Below are positions 50,226 through 61,835 of a stretch of DNA of 64,000 bases, piece after piece. The number at the start of each line of letters is the position of its first letter. The first letter of the stretch is position 1. Both the position numbers and the translations under genes were made by a program. Source of the stretch: Macrostomum lignano (lineage: Eukaryota); contig NIVC01003378.1 in assembly GCA_002269645.1 (NCBI GenBank), positions 1-64,000 of the forward strand, given 5' to 3'. The notes under the pieces are model-generated. The model saw only the letters and a list, made by a program, of their open reading frames with translations, was not told the DNA's origin and did no database searches.

Positions 50226-51774
50226 AGTTATGGGTAATAGTGAAATGAGGAATTTTATCTGTCTAATCATTGGAATGAACTTCCCTGAAAGGTCATGCTA
50301 TAACTTTTGCTGAAAATTGCGCCATTAGGAATTTAGGGACACTAGCCATGTAACATGTAAGAATGTCATCACTTGCCTCAACCATTGGCTACCCTTGATC
50401 CTCACATATTGGAAAGATAGCATTATTTAGAAAATTTACTCACTTGGTGCAGTCAAGTGTAGTGAAGACCTTGGGGTGTCAAGAAAGACATTTGGTGGAT
50501 TAATTTAATTGGCCTCTAGAAGCATATCATATTGTGCAATGGTGTTTTAGCAGGCCAATGCTTAGCACAAATTCCCATAGAGTTTGATGGGCTCTGGGAA
50601 GATGGCATGATTGATCAAATAAAATACAATGTTAGTCTTATATACAAGCAAGTACTAAGCATCACAAGAAAATCTAAATATTTATAGCCTTCTCCCTAAC
50701 ATGGTTTGAATAAAGCATTTCATTGGCATGATAATTACTGAAGTACATGTAAATAATAAGATAATATATTGGTTTAATATTAAAACAGTTAACTTATAAA
50801 ATAATAAAATTATTATTGAATAAAAATGTGATAACTAGGCATACATAAGTAGGAGCTACTATATAATATGAATATTTGCATTAAAAGACAAAGACTAAAA
50901 CAAGTTACTAAAATATAAGATAATTAGAAATTTTACTCACCTATAACAATGTAAATTATAACTGAATATAAATAGCTATTAATAAACTATATTTAAAATT
51001 TAAATTGTAAAAAATTCAGATCATTAGAGCCTTCAATTTTATAGGTAGAGGTAGAGCAGTAAAATGAATAAATTTTGCCACTTTCAAAGTTTTGTGAAGG
51101 AGATTTTCCCTAGGATTAGAGACCTAGGTAATAAAGATTTTTATGCTATGTGCAGTGTGTTAGGATTTAGGATAATGATGTAAAAATAAAAAATATGCTT
51201 GTAAAGTAAAATGTAAAATAATAATATTAAATAATTGAAATATATTAAAATATAAAATTATTATACATTCTAGATGACTAGTTAAATGGTTAGGGCTTTT
51301 TTATGACTAGGTCTATATTATTAGTAGGGCTGGCTTAAAAATTGATAGCTTTCTAACCAAAGACTAAGTCAAAAACAATATGAAATTTGTATAGGTAAAT
51401 AGTGTCTGTATTTAATCACATGGACAGGTCTAGTAAAAATTAAAATTAGGATAGTTACGAATATGCATTGAAAAGGAACAACACACATTTGCGAGTATTC
51501 GCAACTTTGGGCTAATGAAATGAAAAGAAAACAATATGAAAATAATGCATAAAATGACATTACTAAGTCTTCCCTTAAAAACAGTTAAATAATTTCCGCG
51601 CGTACCTATCACAAGCAAAATTGAAAAGAATCCGAAACCTTCGAGCTATTTTCTAAAGTAAAATTGTATTCATTACTAAATTTTAGTAACCTTTCAAATT
51701 TTGTGCAGAATTAAAAATTTTGCGCGAAAATATTTGTTCGAAATGAAACCTCTAAAAAACCTCAAAACCTCCGA

Positions 51775-54533
51775 GGGTGTGTATAAAAGCTGGCACTGGC
51801 ACATTGGACACATTGGACACCCCTTTTTATAACAAAATTAGATATGAAAATGCAGAATAAACTTGCGGAGATACTTTTAAATAATTTAAAAAATTGATAA
51901 TAATAGAAATGACATCCTTGCTTTCGTGATAGATGATTTGTTAAATATTCTTTGTATTATCGTTTTTTGTACATGTTTAATTTGGCATTCGATTTTTTAA
52001 AATAATCGCACATGCAAAAACTGCAGCTTGCAATGCTATTACACTGTGATTTTACTACCCGAAGGTTCTGTACTACAGGCGTACCGATTTAATGCTAAAT
52101 ATGCCTGATATATGAAATGATCAAACTAATAGTCAGAACTCAATTTTCCATAAAATGATGAAGCATTCTGCTCTTATAAAAAAACCACAACTTATTTTGT
52201 TAGGATTACTTCATGAAGAACGAACTTTGGATATTCCAAATTGCAAGTATTTCTATATTAAAAAAGTTAATACATTGGCAGATTATTTGATGAAAAAATT
52301 GCACCCAAAAAGTTTTTTTTACTTTGTAAGATGATGATTAAATTAATAATTTCCAAGCTTCTTCTTTTATTAGTTCAATTACTTTTTGTATGATTTCAAC
52401 CAACAAAAAAGGAATAGCTACTCAGTGAAAGTTCAAATTACAGTCTCTTCTTTATATACAATCCTTTTAAGAAAACATTATTATGAATAATTTGCCAAGT
52501 CATGATATTTAAGAAATTGTGCTAATCATTTAAATTATGAGTTAAAAAATGCAAGCATATAAGTAAAAAATCTACCTCACAGACCAAGAAGTCTTTTTAC
52601 TGAAAGTTTATATGTGACGCTTTGAAAAAACAACATATAAACCATCTTCACATAACATTTATTGTCATTTATTTCAGACCTAAATCCTTTAGCACATAAA
52701 TATTCTGCACGTATGTTGCAGGGTATACTTCCTTCTTCTAAAATCCTACAAATGCCACAAAGTTTTAATAGGCAAATTTATTCGTATTGTTTATATTAAT
52801 ATTTCTATATTTATGAGAAGTTTTCCAATAAGAACAAGTTCCCAATCAGTAAAACACTATATTTTAATTCTAATGTCCAAAATTATGGCATTCTAAGGGA
52901 CCAAGTGATAGGTTTTAAGCTACTATTAGCACCTGCATGATTTATTTATTTAATACCTACACATTCCTTAATGTCTATAGTTCGCCTAATTGCCTAATTG
53001 CTAACCCTAATTCTAGCCTTCTTGGCTTACAAGTTTGAGTCTTCACAGCATATTATTCAATTCAAGCCCTACTAATTTTATTAGCCTCTCTTAATTTTAT
53101 AAAATAATAATTTTCTTTAGTGTAACTGCTCCAAAAATTTCAACTTTAATTTAAGTGGTGTGCCGAAACACCACTTGCACCATTACAGCCGTCTATAATT
53201 TTTTTGTGCTAATTGGTTGACCACTTTCAATAATTTTCTTGGGTCAAGAGTGTGATATATGCATATTGCAGCATGAATTTTTTAAAGAATCCCTAATTTT
53301 ATACAAGGAATCATATATATTTATAGAAAGTTAGCTCTTAGAGTAGAGATAAAGTACATAAGACTATTAATAGCAACTTTTCATACAATTGCTTATGGTA
53401 ATGATTTCTATTGTTATAAAGTTACAAATAAATAAAAAGTCACATTGCATTTAAACTGTACTTTATGAGTTGTAAGCCTTTCAACTCAGAGTGCACTTCA
53501 ATTGCTTTAATATACATTGCTAGATGTTATTTAGCATTTCTTTGTTATTTATCATTTAACTCATTGCATTGTTTAATTGCTAATTTCATTTGCTCAGCTG
53601 CAATATTTATTACTTTTTTATTAATGCCAATGTTTGTAATACTTTTTCTCCCCATTTTTAGTGTTTGTGGTATTCTTTTGTCAAATTTTAATTTTCCGCT
53701 GTATCTATCTTTACAAAAAATTGTACCTGTAAACTTATGGTTTTTTGCTTACAATGGTACTGTACTAAATTATATTTATTTCCTTGTTAGATTCTCTAAA
53801 TTGAAAAAGTAATGCACTGCTTTATTATCATGCATATTGAATATTAAGGATAGTTAGTATTCCTTCCTTGAAAAAGATTCTAGAGTTGGATTCTATTTGA
53901 TAAGAGAATAAATAATTTATTGAGTTTAAATGTTTTTAAAACATTAATTAATTGCATTTTGATGGAAATCACAACTTAAAAAATTATTCGTTTTTTTATT
54001 TAAGACACGGGGGATTTTAAAAATCCATATTAACAGCAAATCAAACATTAACATTATGGGAGAGAGAGAGAGAGAAGGATTAGATTCACTTTCACCATTG
54101 CTGTTGATTTATGGAAAGGCAGTAAACAAGCCAGAGCAGCTGCAAATAGTCAAATATGCCATGTCCGGCAATAAAATTCTGCAACTAGTCTGCTGCTCAC
54201 TTTTTCCAACGTTTATTGAGGACAAGAAACGGCATTTAATGTTTCTATGTTTTCTGTAAGTGCACCAACTAGGTAAATGAAAATGACGTACCGAAAGTAG
54301 TTCGACAATAAAGCAAGATAAGAAATGAATTTAAATGTAGAATAAAACTTGTTGATACTACCAATCTCATGGTTGTTAGAAGTATATGAAAAAGTGCAAT
54401 TATAAATAAATATTTACATTTTTATTCGAAAGCCAAAGTATATTTATTCAAGCAAAACAACGATCAAAACTCGATTTTTGTTAACATAAGGGGTGTCCAA
54501 TGTGCCAATGGTGCCCTGCTTTTATACAGACCC
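51775..54533. mobile_element. Non-autonomous Mutator-like element, copy B (uninterrupted, inverted relative to copy A)
   Basis: Termini GGGTGTGTATAAAAGC.. and ..GCTTTTATACAGACCC. Perfect 9-bp TSD AACCTCCGA. Confidence 0.92.
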
Positions 54534-54564
54534 AACCTCCGAAACCTCTCGATGAGAATCACCC

Positions 54565-54731
54565 AAGTCAAAATGGTTGTCACTGGTACCATGCTGACTA
54601 CAAAACTTTGCCTTCATGTGGGCCCAGGTGCCTTCAATGGTATTTGTGTGCACAGTTGGGTCTGAGTTGACTATTAAATGATAGGTTGTCAGCCAATACA
54701 TAGTCGACTCAGCATCAACTATTAACAGCAC
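54565..54731 (-). pseudogene. Merlin (IS1595/ISXO2-like) transposase C-terminal remnant; continues at about 47880-47914 across MULE C
   Basis: YHLIVNSDPTVHTNTIEGTWAHMKAKF..HGTSDNHFD, then HLGEFFW on the other side of the insertion. Confidence 0.8.
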
Positions 54732-55007
54732 CAGATTGCATGGTGACTGATCTCAAGGTCACAGGTCAGCCAATGGCTGCAAATTGGTAGAAGGTACAAT
54801 ATTATAAGCACTTGAGGTCATCTGGCCATGATTTACGCTGAATATAATGAAAATCGGGTCAAAATAATTTTACATGAGAAACTAAGACATTGCCTAAATG
54901 TTAAATATGAGTATAACTATAATTGTAGTATTTGACTAAAATTTAACAACTTTGTGGTATAGACAGTTGTATACCATACCATGCATGCAGTTATTCCAAT
55001 ATGGTGT

Positions 55008-55640
55008 AAGACCAAGATGGCCACACACCAAGATGGCCACACACCAAGATGGCCACACACCAAGATGGCCACAACATTGAATATTTATTATATCTACTCT
55101 CTTTTTCTATCTATCATTAATTAGCAATATAATAGGCCTATATTAAATTATTTTTGTTTAATCAATTATATTCATAAATACTGATACAATAATAGATTTG
55201 AAACTAATTAGGCCTACTTATAATACAAAACCTTTAATCTTTTTAGTGTCTGTGCCAATTTATTCTCTATCATCACATCTATCAAATCTATCATGATCTG
55301 TTTATTAAGAAACTATTGCTAATGGTAATGCTAGCTATGCAAATAATTAGGATAAATATGTGAATGTCATAGGGTATTTATTTTGTGCTAGGTTACTACT
55401 CTCTTCATATAGTAGATAAATAGATAGGCCTCTATAGGTCAGGCTACAATAAAAGCTAGGCTTAAGTCCAAAGGAAATGATTATATTTATAATACATTTC
55501 TAGATATAATAATATCTATTTTCCTAATTACTAGGCTAAAAAAGGAAAGGAGTTAAATATATGTATCTAGTCTTATTATTATCTATTTAGACATTTAGAG
55601 CTATGGCCATCTTGGTATGTGGCCATCTTGGTCATGCAGC
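55008..55640. mobile_element. Probable small TIR element with subterminal CCAAGATGGCCACA repeats
   Basis: Four tandem 16-mers ACCAAGATGGCCACAC at about 55010-55073 and inverted TGGCCATCTTGG copies at about 55603-55632. Exact ends and TSD not resolved. Confidence 0.5.
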
Positions 55641-57261
55641 CATTAGACTAAAGCACAATTAATATCATTTGGTAAAGGAATAGTGAAAATCAGTTCAGCT
55701 TTTTGGCCTTGAAAGATAACCAGGCCCAACTACAAATGTAAGCAAGATTTTGGTGTATTAGACTAGGCCCTAGCTAAGGGAAATAGTTTGCTAGTAAATA
55801 AAAAGTAATTATTTCTTACCTCTTATACTAACTGATGCTTTTCTTCTATTGTTATAAACTCCCATGGTGCCACTAAGTTGTTGCAGGTTTAATTTGTTTT
55901 TTTGCCTAAGAGAATTCTGCAGATGTCACAAATGATATTTAATGCATAATACCTAATATCCTACTAATCTTGGCCTCTCTAGTCTTTGTATATTCTTACT
56001 TAGGTCTCTCAACCTCAATGTCAAGGATCTTCAGAGACTACTATAACAATAACTAAGTCTTGCAAAGAAAGTTTCAACCTTAGAAAATTTTCTTTCTTAA
56101 ACAGATGACTATAGACTATAGAGTAAGAGAACTCAAGTGATTAAAACAAAAAACAGTAATAGAAATGGTATATTTAATTTTTTGGCCAGGTAGGGCCTTT
56201 GTATACATTTTAGGGTTATACACTATTGGCTACAGTAAGTTTAAACAAATTTGATGATTAAAAAAAATTCTTGTATTTTAAACAAAATTTTTGACTGTTT
56301 CTGATTGGTTTAAAATATTAAAGAAAACTTTGGCTCTTAGTAAAGCCTACCTACTTAAAGTAGAAACAAATGAGCATATGAGTAAAAATGCCCCTATTAC
56401 TTTCATAATTATTATGCAATTGTTATGCAATTTAAAGCAAATATTTATCTTGGTATCCACAGCTATTTTCTTATCAGTTAATTGGCTCTGCTCTGATGCA
56501 TTGGTTATGAGTCTCCTTTGTGTGTATATTGAACAATAAAATCTGGCTTAGATCAAATTAAATTCAAAAAGCTAGTTTAACATATTTTTTCAAATATTTG
56601 ATCTCTTTAGCAATGATTTAGAGATTATTAAAAATATGTAGGCCAATTTGGGCACATTTGACATCTATTGAGCCATTCTTTAAGGAATTCTTAAAGGAAG
56701 GAAAGGTAAAGGAATGGTGAAAATCAATTGATTCATTCTTTAGATAATTAATTACAAACATATAAGCAAACAAGCAAGATTTTCATTTTTTGTATATTAG
56801 ATTAGAAGAAAAAGATGTGTGTATATTTATATAAGCTTATGTTTTATTATATGTATTACACCCTATTGCAGCCAATGGGCATTGTTATAGATAGCATTTG
56901 GCACAGATTGGCCCTAGTAATGTAGGCATAGTCTGGTTTAGGGAAGGGGGTATCTAGTGTGGTTTAGACTTGGCTACAATAGGGGTATGACACATTGGCA
57001 TTAAAGTTGCATTTGAAGGACCTGCAAACCATTGCTTCTTCTTTAAAATCTCTGTTTAACTTCAGTTACTTTAGCAACAGGGTTCGATTCCAAGTTCAGT
57101 TGCATTAATTTGGGGCTAAATTGGTCTCTTGAAATTGCTTATTGCCTGTTTCATTATTAGAAAATCACAAGATGATAACTTTTGCTCTGCTTCTGTTCAA
57201 TTATTCTCAATTTACCATATACTACACTCATAAATTTCTAACAAACTTTGTGCATGCACTC

Positions 57262-57791
57262 ATGAACAAAATTCTAAGCTGTGCTTGTCGACCTAAGAAG
57301 TCGGTGGAGATCCGCACACTTGACTTCCGAAATCAGCACCTAGCGGAGGTTCCCGCAGATGCCTTCAAAAACGAAGCAACGCTCGAGGTCTTGCTGCTTG
57401 ATCACAACAAGCTGACAGAACTGAGAAAGGTTGGACTCCAGTTTAAATTTTGGCAGCTTGTAGTTTATCATGTAGCATGTTTGTAATCCATTGACGAAAT
57501 TCTCTGAGTCCGTTTTTTCCACAGGAGCTGTTCTGCTGCCGCAGTCTGTTCAAGCTGTCTCTTTCCAACAATTGCCTCCAGTGCCTGCCCCCAAGCATTG
57601 GGAGCTTGTGCAACCTTGGCGAGTTGAGTCTGAAGAACAACAGTAAGTTGAACTAGACTGCCTTAGGTGAGATAGCATCAGTGAATTTTGCCACCTACTG
57701 TGTTCATTTCAGGCTTGGTGGAGCTGCCGGATGAAATCAAGGCCTGCAAATACCTGCACACTTTAGATCTAAGCGGTAACTTGTTTGAAGT
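57262..57791 (+). CDS. LAP-family LRR protein (Erbin/Densin-180-like), exons 1-3: 57262-57429, 57525-57642, 57713-57791; gene continues downstream
   Basis: Spliced translation MNKILSCACRPKKSVEIRTLDFRNQHLAEVPADAFKNEATLEVLLLDHNKLTELRK|ELFCCRSLFKLSLSNNCLQCLPPSIGSLCNLGELSLKNN|SLVELPDEIKACKYLHTLDLSGNLFEV parallels the Erbin N-terminus. GT-AG introns of 95 and 70 bp are in the correct phase. Confidence 0.88.
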
Positions 57792-58181
57792 GTAAGTCAT
57801 GGCCAATGAGTGCAAGTTCAGCATATTGCTCAAAGCATTGTGACCTAAATACCAGCCTATATATTGTAAGAGCCGAGAATTTAGAGTAAGTTTACGAAGT
57901 ATATTTTGATGCACGATAATTTACGAGCGATTAAATAGTCAGCGATGATAGATCGATTAAAGTGACTCACCCAACTGGGGTGGTGGGCATGTACAGAGAA
58001 GAAAGCGAGATGCAAGTACATATACTAATAGAGCAGCCCCCACCCCGACGGCCCAAACCAAACGCAACCCTACATCACTCTCCCCCAAGAAAAATACATG
58101 GGATAAAAAAACGGGATAAAACAAAAGCAAACAAAAAAAGTTCATGCAACGCGAAAAAAGTCCCGATCAGAAAAAAGCACG

Positions 58182-61100
58182 TCAACAGGTCGCCGTGTAA
58201 AAATCCGGCCGCCGGCGCTGCCTGCCCGACCGGCGCACCGTGTTGCCGGGTTCAGCCGCGTCCAGGTTGCGCAGCGGCTCCCAGGCGTCCGGGCCGGCCA
58301 GCTGGCCCGCGGCGTCCTCGACGCTCTGACAGTCGTCCTCGGTGGCCGGCTTGGCTGGCGGCCTGCCGCTCAGATTCGGTCGGTCGATAAAGCGCTTCAA
58401 GCGGTCGTGGTGGACCAGCAAGCGGCGCCTGCCGTTCACAGCCTGCAGCCGGTAGTTCACAGGGCTGACCTTCTTAAGGACGATGAACGGGCCGGACCAC
58501 CGGCTCGACAGCGACTTGCACTGGCCGCGCTTCATCGCATGGTGCGTCAGCATCACTCGGTCACCGGTCTTGAAGTCGGTAGTCTCTGCCCCTAGGTTGT
58601 AGAACTCGTGCTGCGATTTCTGGGCCGTGTGCAGGTGCGCCCGCACTACCTGAAAGCCGCGCCTGATTCTCGCCTGCAGGTCCGCGCAGTCCTGCGGCTG
58701 GTCGCGCTGCCCACCGAGTGCCAAGTCGACCGGCAGTCTGGGCTCGATGCCGCGTAGCACTTTGAACGGCGACTCGCCCGTGGAGCTGTGCTCAGAGCTG
58801 CTGTAGGCCCACACGACATAGGGCAGCAGGGCGTCCCAGCTGGCCTGATTCTCTGAGCAGAATGCGGAGAGCATGTTGCCCAGCGTCCTATTGAACCTCT
58901 CGACGTTCCCGTTGCCGCTGGGGTGAAACGGTGAGGTCCTCGATTTTTCTGCTCCGAGCAGCGCGCAGGTCTGCTTGAAAACTTCGGCCTCAAACTGGCG
59001 ACCTTGGTCCGAGTGCACGACCCCCGGAACTCCGTGCCGCAGCACCACACAGGTCACCAGAGCCTCGGCTACCGTCGTGGCGTCGATCTGGCTGAGGGCC
59101 GCCGCCTCCACCCACTTTGAAAATGGGTCGACAAAGCAGATGATGTAGCGCTTGCCAGACTCGGTGACTGGCAGTGGGCCCTTGATGTCGAGTTGCATGA
59201 CAGCCCACGGCTTGGCCGGTAGCGGCTGCCGCACCAGCTCAGCGCGCGCTCGCTTTGGCGCTCCCTTGCGTCGTTGGCAGACCAGGCAGCTCCGCACCCA
59301 GTCCCGCACGTCCTCGCGCATGTCCGGCCACCAGGAACGCTCGCGCAGAGCCCGCAGCACCCGCCGCTGACCGAGGTGACCCGCGCTCGGCCGGTCGTGC
59401 GCCTGTTGCAGCAGCTCCGCTCTCATGTGCTGGGGGATCACCGGCAACCCGTTGTGGAGCAGTGCGCCGTCCGGTGACAGCGTCAGACAGGGCAGCAGCT
59501 TCAGGACCGATGCACTCACCGCCGCCGGAACTTGAAAGTTGGGCTGGAGCATCGCGTGCCGAACCGCGTGCAGAACCTGGTCCTGGTCCTGCTCGTCAGG
59601 CAGATTAGCGATCTGGAACTGCACCGCCGCTGCTCGGCTGAGGGTGTCTGGCACGATGTTCTCCTTGCCGGGCCGGTACAGGATTTCCAGGGGGAACTCC
59701 TGAATGAGCTGTAGCCAACGTGCCAGCCGACCGGTTGGCTCCTTCGCGTTGAGCAGCCCAGTGATCGGCTTGTGGTCGGTGAACACCTGGATCTTGCAGC
59801 TGTTGCTCAGGTACATGCGGAACTGCTTGAGGCTCCAAACAATCGCGAGCAGCTCCCGGTCCGTGGTGCTGTAGTTGCGCTCTGCCTTGCTCAGCGTCCG
59901 GGAAGCGTAGGCCACTGGCAGCTCCTGGCCGTCGCGCTCCTGGCTGAGCACCGCTCCCAAGGCCACAGCACTGCTGTCACAGCTGATGACGATAGGCCGG
60001 CTGAAGTCGGGCAGCTGGAGCACCGGGGCCTGGGTCAGCGCGTCCTTCAACTTGTTCAGCACCGCAGCATGCTCTGACGTCCACACGAAGCCGCCGCCCG
60101 CGCCTTTCTGAGCCAGGTGATGCAGCGGTTTGGCAATGTCAGAGAAGTTGGGCACGAACCTGCGGTAGAAGCTGAGCATGCCGATGATGCGTCGAACATC
60201 CTCCTCAGACTGCGGCTCCGGCATCCGCCTGATCGCCTCGACCTTCTCCGCGGCAGGTGCGATGCCGCTCTCAGAGACTTGGTGACCTAGGTACGTGACG
60301 CTCCGGTAGGCAAAGAAGCTCTTGCCTGGGTTCAGCTTCAGCTTGGCAGACCGCAGTCGATGCAGCACCTTGGACAGTGACTGAACGTGGTTCTCAAAGT
60401 CCCTGTTGAAGATGATCAGGTCATCAATGTACGCGATGACCTCCTCCCAGCTCAGGCCGGTCATGATGAGCTCCATCATTCGCTGGTACGTCGCAGGCGC
60501 GTTGCACATGCCGAATCCCATTTTGCGGAATTGCATCAGGCCGCTCGGAGTGTAGAACGCTGTCAACGGCCGATCCTCCTCTCTGACCTCCACCTGAAGG
60601 AAGCCTTGGCGCATGTCGATCGTAGAGAACCATGAGCAGCCAGCCAAGGAGTCGAGCGCTTGGTGCAAATGCGGCAGCGGGTGGGCGTCCTTCACTGTGA
60701 GGTTGTTCAGCGCCCGCCAGTCTACACAGACTCGGATGTCATTATTCTTCTTTCTGACGATTATCAGGTTGCTCGCCCACGGGCTGGTGGAGGGCTCGAT
60801 GACGCCGTGTTGTCGCATCTGCTCCAGCTTCTCGTCCACTTGCCTCCTGAAGGCGTGAGGCACCCGCCGAGGCCGTTGGCGAATCGGGCGAGCGCCGTCG
60901 TCCAGCTCAATCTTGTGCTGCGCTGCGCTGCTCGTACCAACGTCGAACTCATGGACTGAGACCACGTCGGCAAATGCCCTCAGCAGCATTGCTAAACGGT
61001 TGCTGTCCTCCTCCGGCAGCTCCGGATTGATGTTGAACTGGTCTGCGGGGCCTCGCCACTCGTGCACGTCCTCGTCCTCGTCGATAACCTCCGCGCTCTC

Positions 61101-61835
61101 GAAGGTGCCGATGCTCTGGTTGGAGAACAGCGTGACCGGGCTGCAGCTGAGGTTGCACACCTGAACCGGAATCTTGCCGCTTTCTGAAGACACCGCGAAC
61201 ACGCGGCCGGGCAGCACTCCGATTCTATCGATGAACTCCTGTGACGGCTCGAAGATGCCATGTGCCTGCTTGGTCTCGGTCGTCACGTCCACCACTTTAA
61301 CTGACCTTGGCGGTACCACGACGGCGCCCTGAACTCTGGCGATGATCACTGTGGGTACCAAGCAACAAGACAGCGGGCCATCTTGCTTGGAATCGCAGTT
61401 ACTGAACGGAACCGCCTCACCATCGAATGCGACTGTCTTGGCACCCTGGTCGATGCTGAACTGCGATCTGGCCGCCTTGCTCACGAAATCCATCCCCAGG
61501 ATGAAGTTTGGGCGAATCCCTCTGACCACCAGCACGTCCATTTGTCTGCGCAGCTGATGACTGAGTCGCACCGTAATGCTCACGCTTCCTAACAGCTCGA
61601 GAACGGAGCCGTCCACGGACACAGGCCTGACATCTGCCGGCTTCAGCTCGCAGCGACCGTCTAGCTCTCTCAAAGCAACGTCGCTGATCAGCGAGGTCTG
61701 CGCTCCGGTGTCCAGCAGCCAGCGGCACGGCTTGCCGTTTGCCTCTCCAGGTATAAAAATAGCATGAAGCACGGGATTGCTCCTTGGGGTTGGTGTGGGT
61801 CCCGCACCCGTTGCACCAACCCTTAAAAGTTTCCC
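58182..61835 (-). CDS. Gypsy Pol (protease, RT, RNase H, integrase), translated by -1 frameshift from gag
   Basis: Uninterrupted ORF with LLDTGA, YIDD, CDSS, HDRP..GHLG..CLVC, DIKGPLP, HSDQGRQF, NGNVER. Confidence 0.96.
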   Translation of the reverse strand, partial: GKLLRVGATGAGPTPTPRSNPVLHAIFIPGEANGKPCRWLLDTGAQTSLISDVALRELDGRCELKPADVRPVSVDGSVLELLGSVSITVRLSHQLRRQMDVLVVRGIRPNFILGMDFVSKAARSQFSIDQGAKTVAFDGEAVPFSNCDSKQDGPLSCCLVPTVIIARVQGAVVVPPRSVKVVDVTTETKQAHGIFEPSQEFIDRIGVLPGRVFAVSSESGKIPVQVCNLSCSPVTLFSNQSIGTFESAEVIDEDEDVHEWRGPADQFNINPELPEEDSNRLAMLLRAFADVVSVHEFDVGTSSAAQHKIELDDGARPIRQRPRRVPHAFRRQVDEKLEQMRQHGVIEPSTSPWASNLIIVRKKNNDIRVCVDWRALNNLTVKDAHPLPHLHQALDSLAGCSWFSTIDMRQGFLQVEVREEDRPLTAFYTPSGLMQFRKMGFGMCNAPATYQRMMELIMTGLSWEEVIAYIDDLIIFNRDFENHVQSLSKVLHRLRSAKLKLNPGKSFFAYRSVTYLGHQVSESGIAPAAEKVEAIRRMPEPQSEEDVRRIIGMLSFYRRFVPNFSDIAKPLHHLAQKGAGGGFVWTSEHAAVLNKLKDALTQAPVLQLPDFSRPIVISCDSSAVALGAVLSQERDGQELPVAYASRTLSKAERNYSTTDRELLAIVWSLKQFRMYLSNSCKIQVFTDHKPITGLLNAKEPTGRLARWLQLIQEFPLEILYRPGKENIVPDTLSRAAAVQFQIANLPDEQDQDQVLHAVRHAMLQPNFQVPAAVSASVLKLLPCLTLSPDGALLHNGLPVIPQHMRAELLQQAHDRPSAGHLGQRRVLRALRERSWWPDMREDVRDWVRSCLVCQRRKGAPKRARAELVRQPLPAKPWAVMQLDIKGPLPVTESGKRYIICFVDPFSKWVEAAALSQIDATTVAEALVTCVVLRHGVPGVVHSDQGRQFEAEVFKQTCALLGAEKSRTSPFHPSGNGNVERFNRTLGNMLSAFCSENQASWDALLPYVVWAYSSSEHSSTGESPFKVLRGIEPRLPVDLALGGQRDQPQDCADLQARIRRGFQVVRAHLHTAQKSQHEFYNLGAETTDFKTGDRVMLTHHAMKRGQCKSLSSRWSGPFIVLKKVSPVNYRLQAVNGRRRLLVHHDRLKRFIDRPNLSGRPPAKPATEDDCQSVEDAAGQLAGPDAWEPLRNLDAAEPGNTVRRSGRQRRRPDFYTATC
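61790..61835 (-). promoter_or_regulatory. -1 programmed ribosomal frameshift signal
   Basis: Slippery heptamer G_GGA_AAC (61829-61835) in the gag frame, a 6-nt spacer, then a GGGTTGGTG/CACCAACCC stem with an inner GGGT/ACCC helix. Confidence 0.85.

Larger units (their letters stand above)
47924..54564. mobile_element. Mutator-like element C with about 215-bp TIRs and degraded internal cargo; right TIR interrupted by MULE copy B
   Basis: TIR GGGTGATTCTCATCGAGAGGTTTCGGAGG.. at 47924-48140 is inverted at 51585-51774 plus 54534-54564. Right flank AAGTCAAAA; left flank AA-ACCC-GTCAAAA. Confidence 0.85.

Noticed and set aside
45689-53812. Duplicated hydrophobic ORF MSCKPFNSEC.. (45689-46015 and 53465-53812)
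   Set aside because: AT-rich interior of the two MULE copies. The frame is not conserved at the 3' end between copies.
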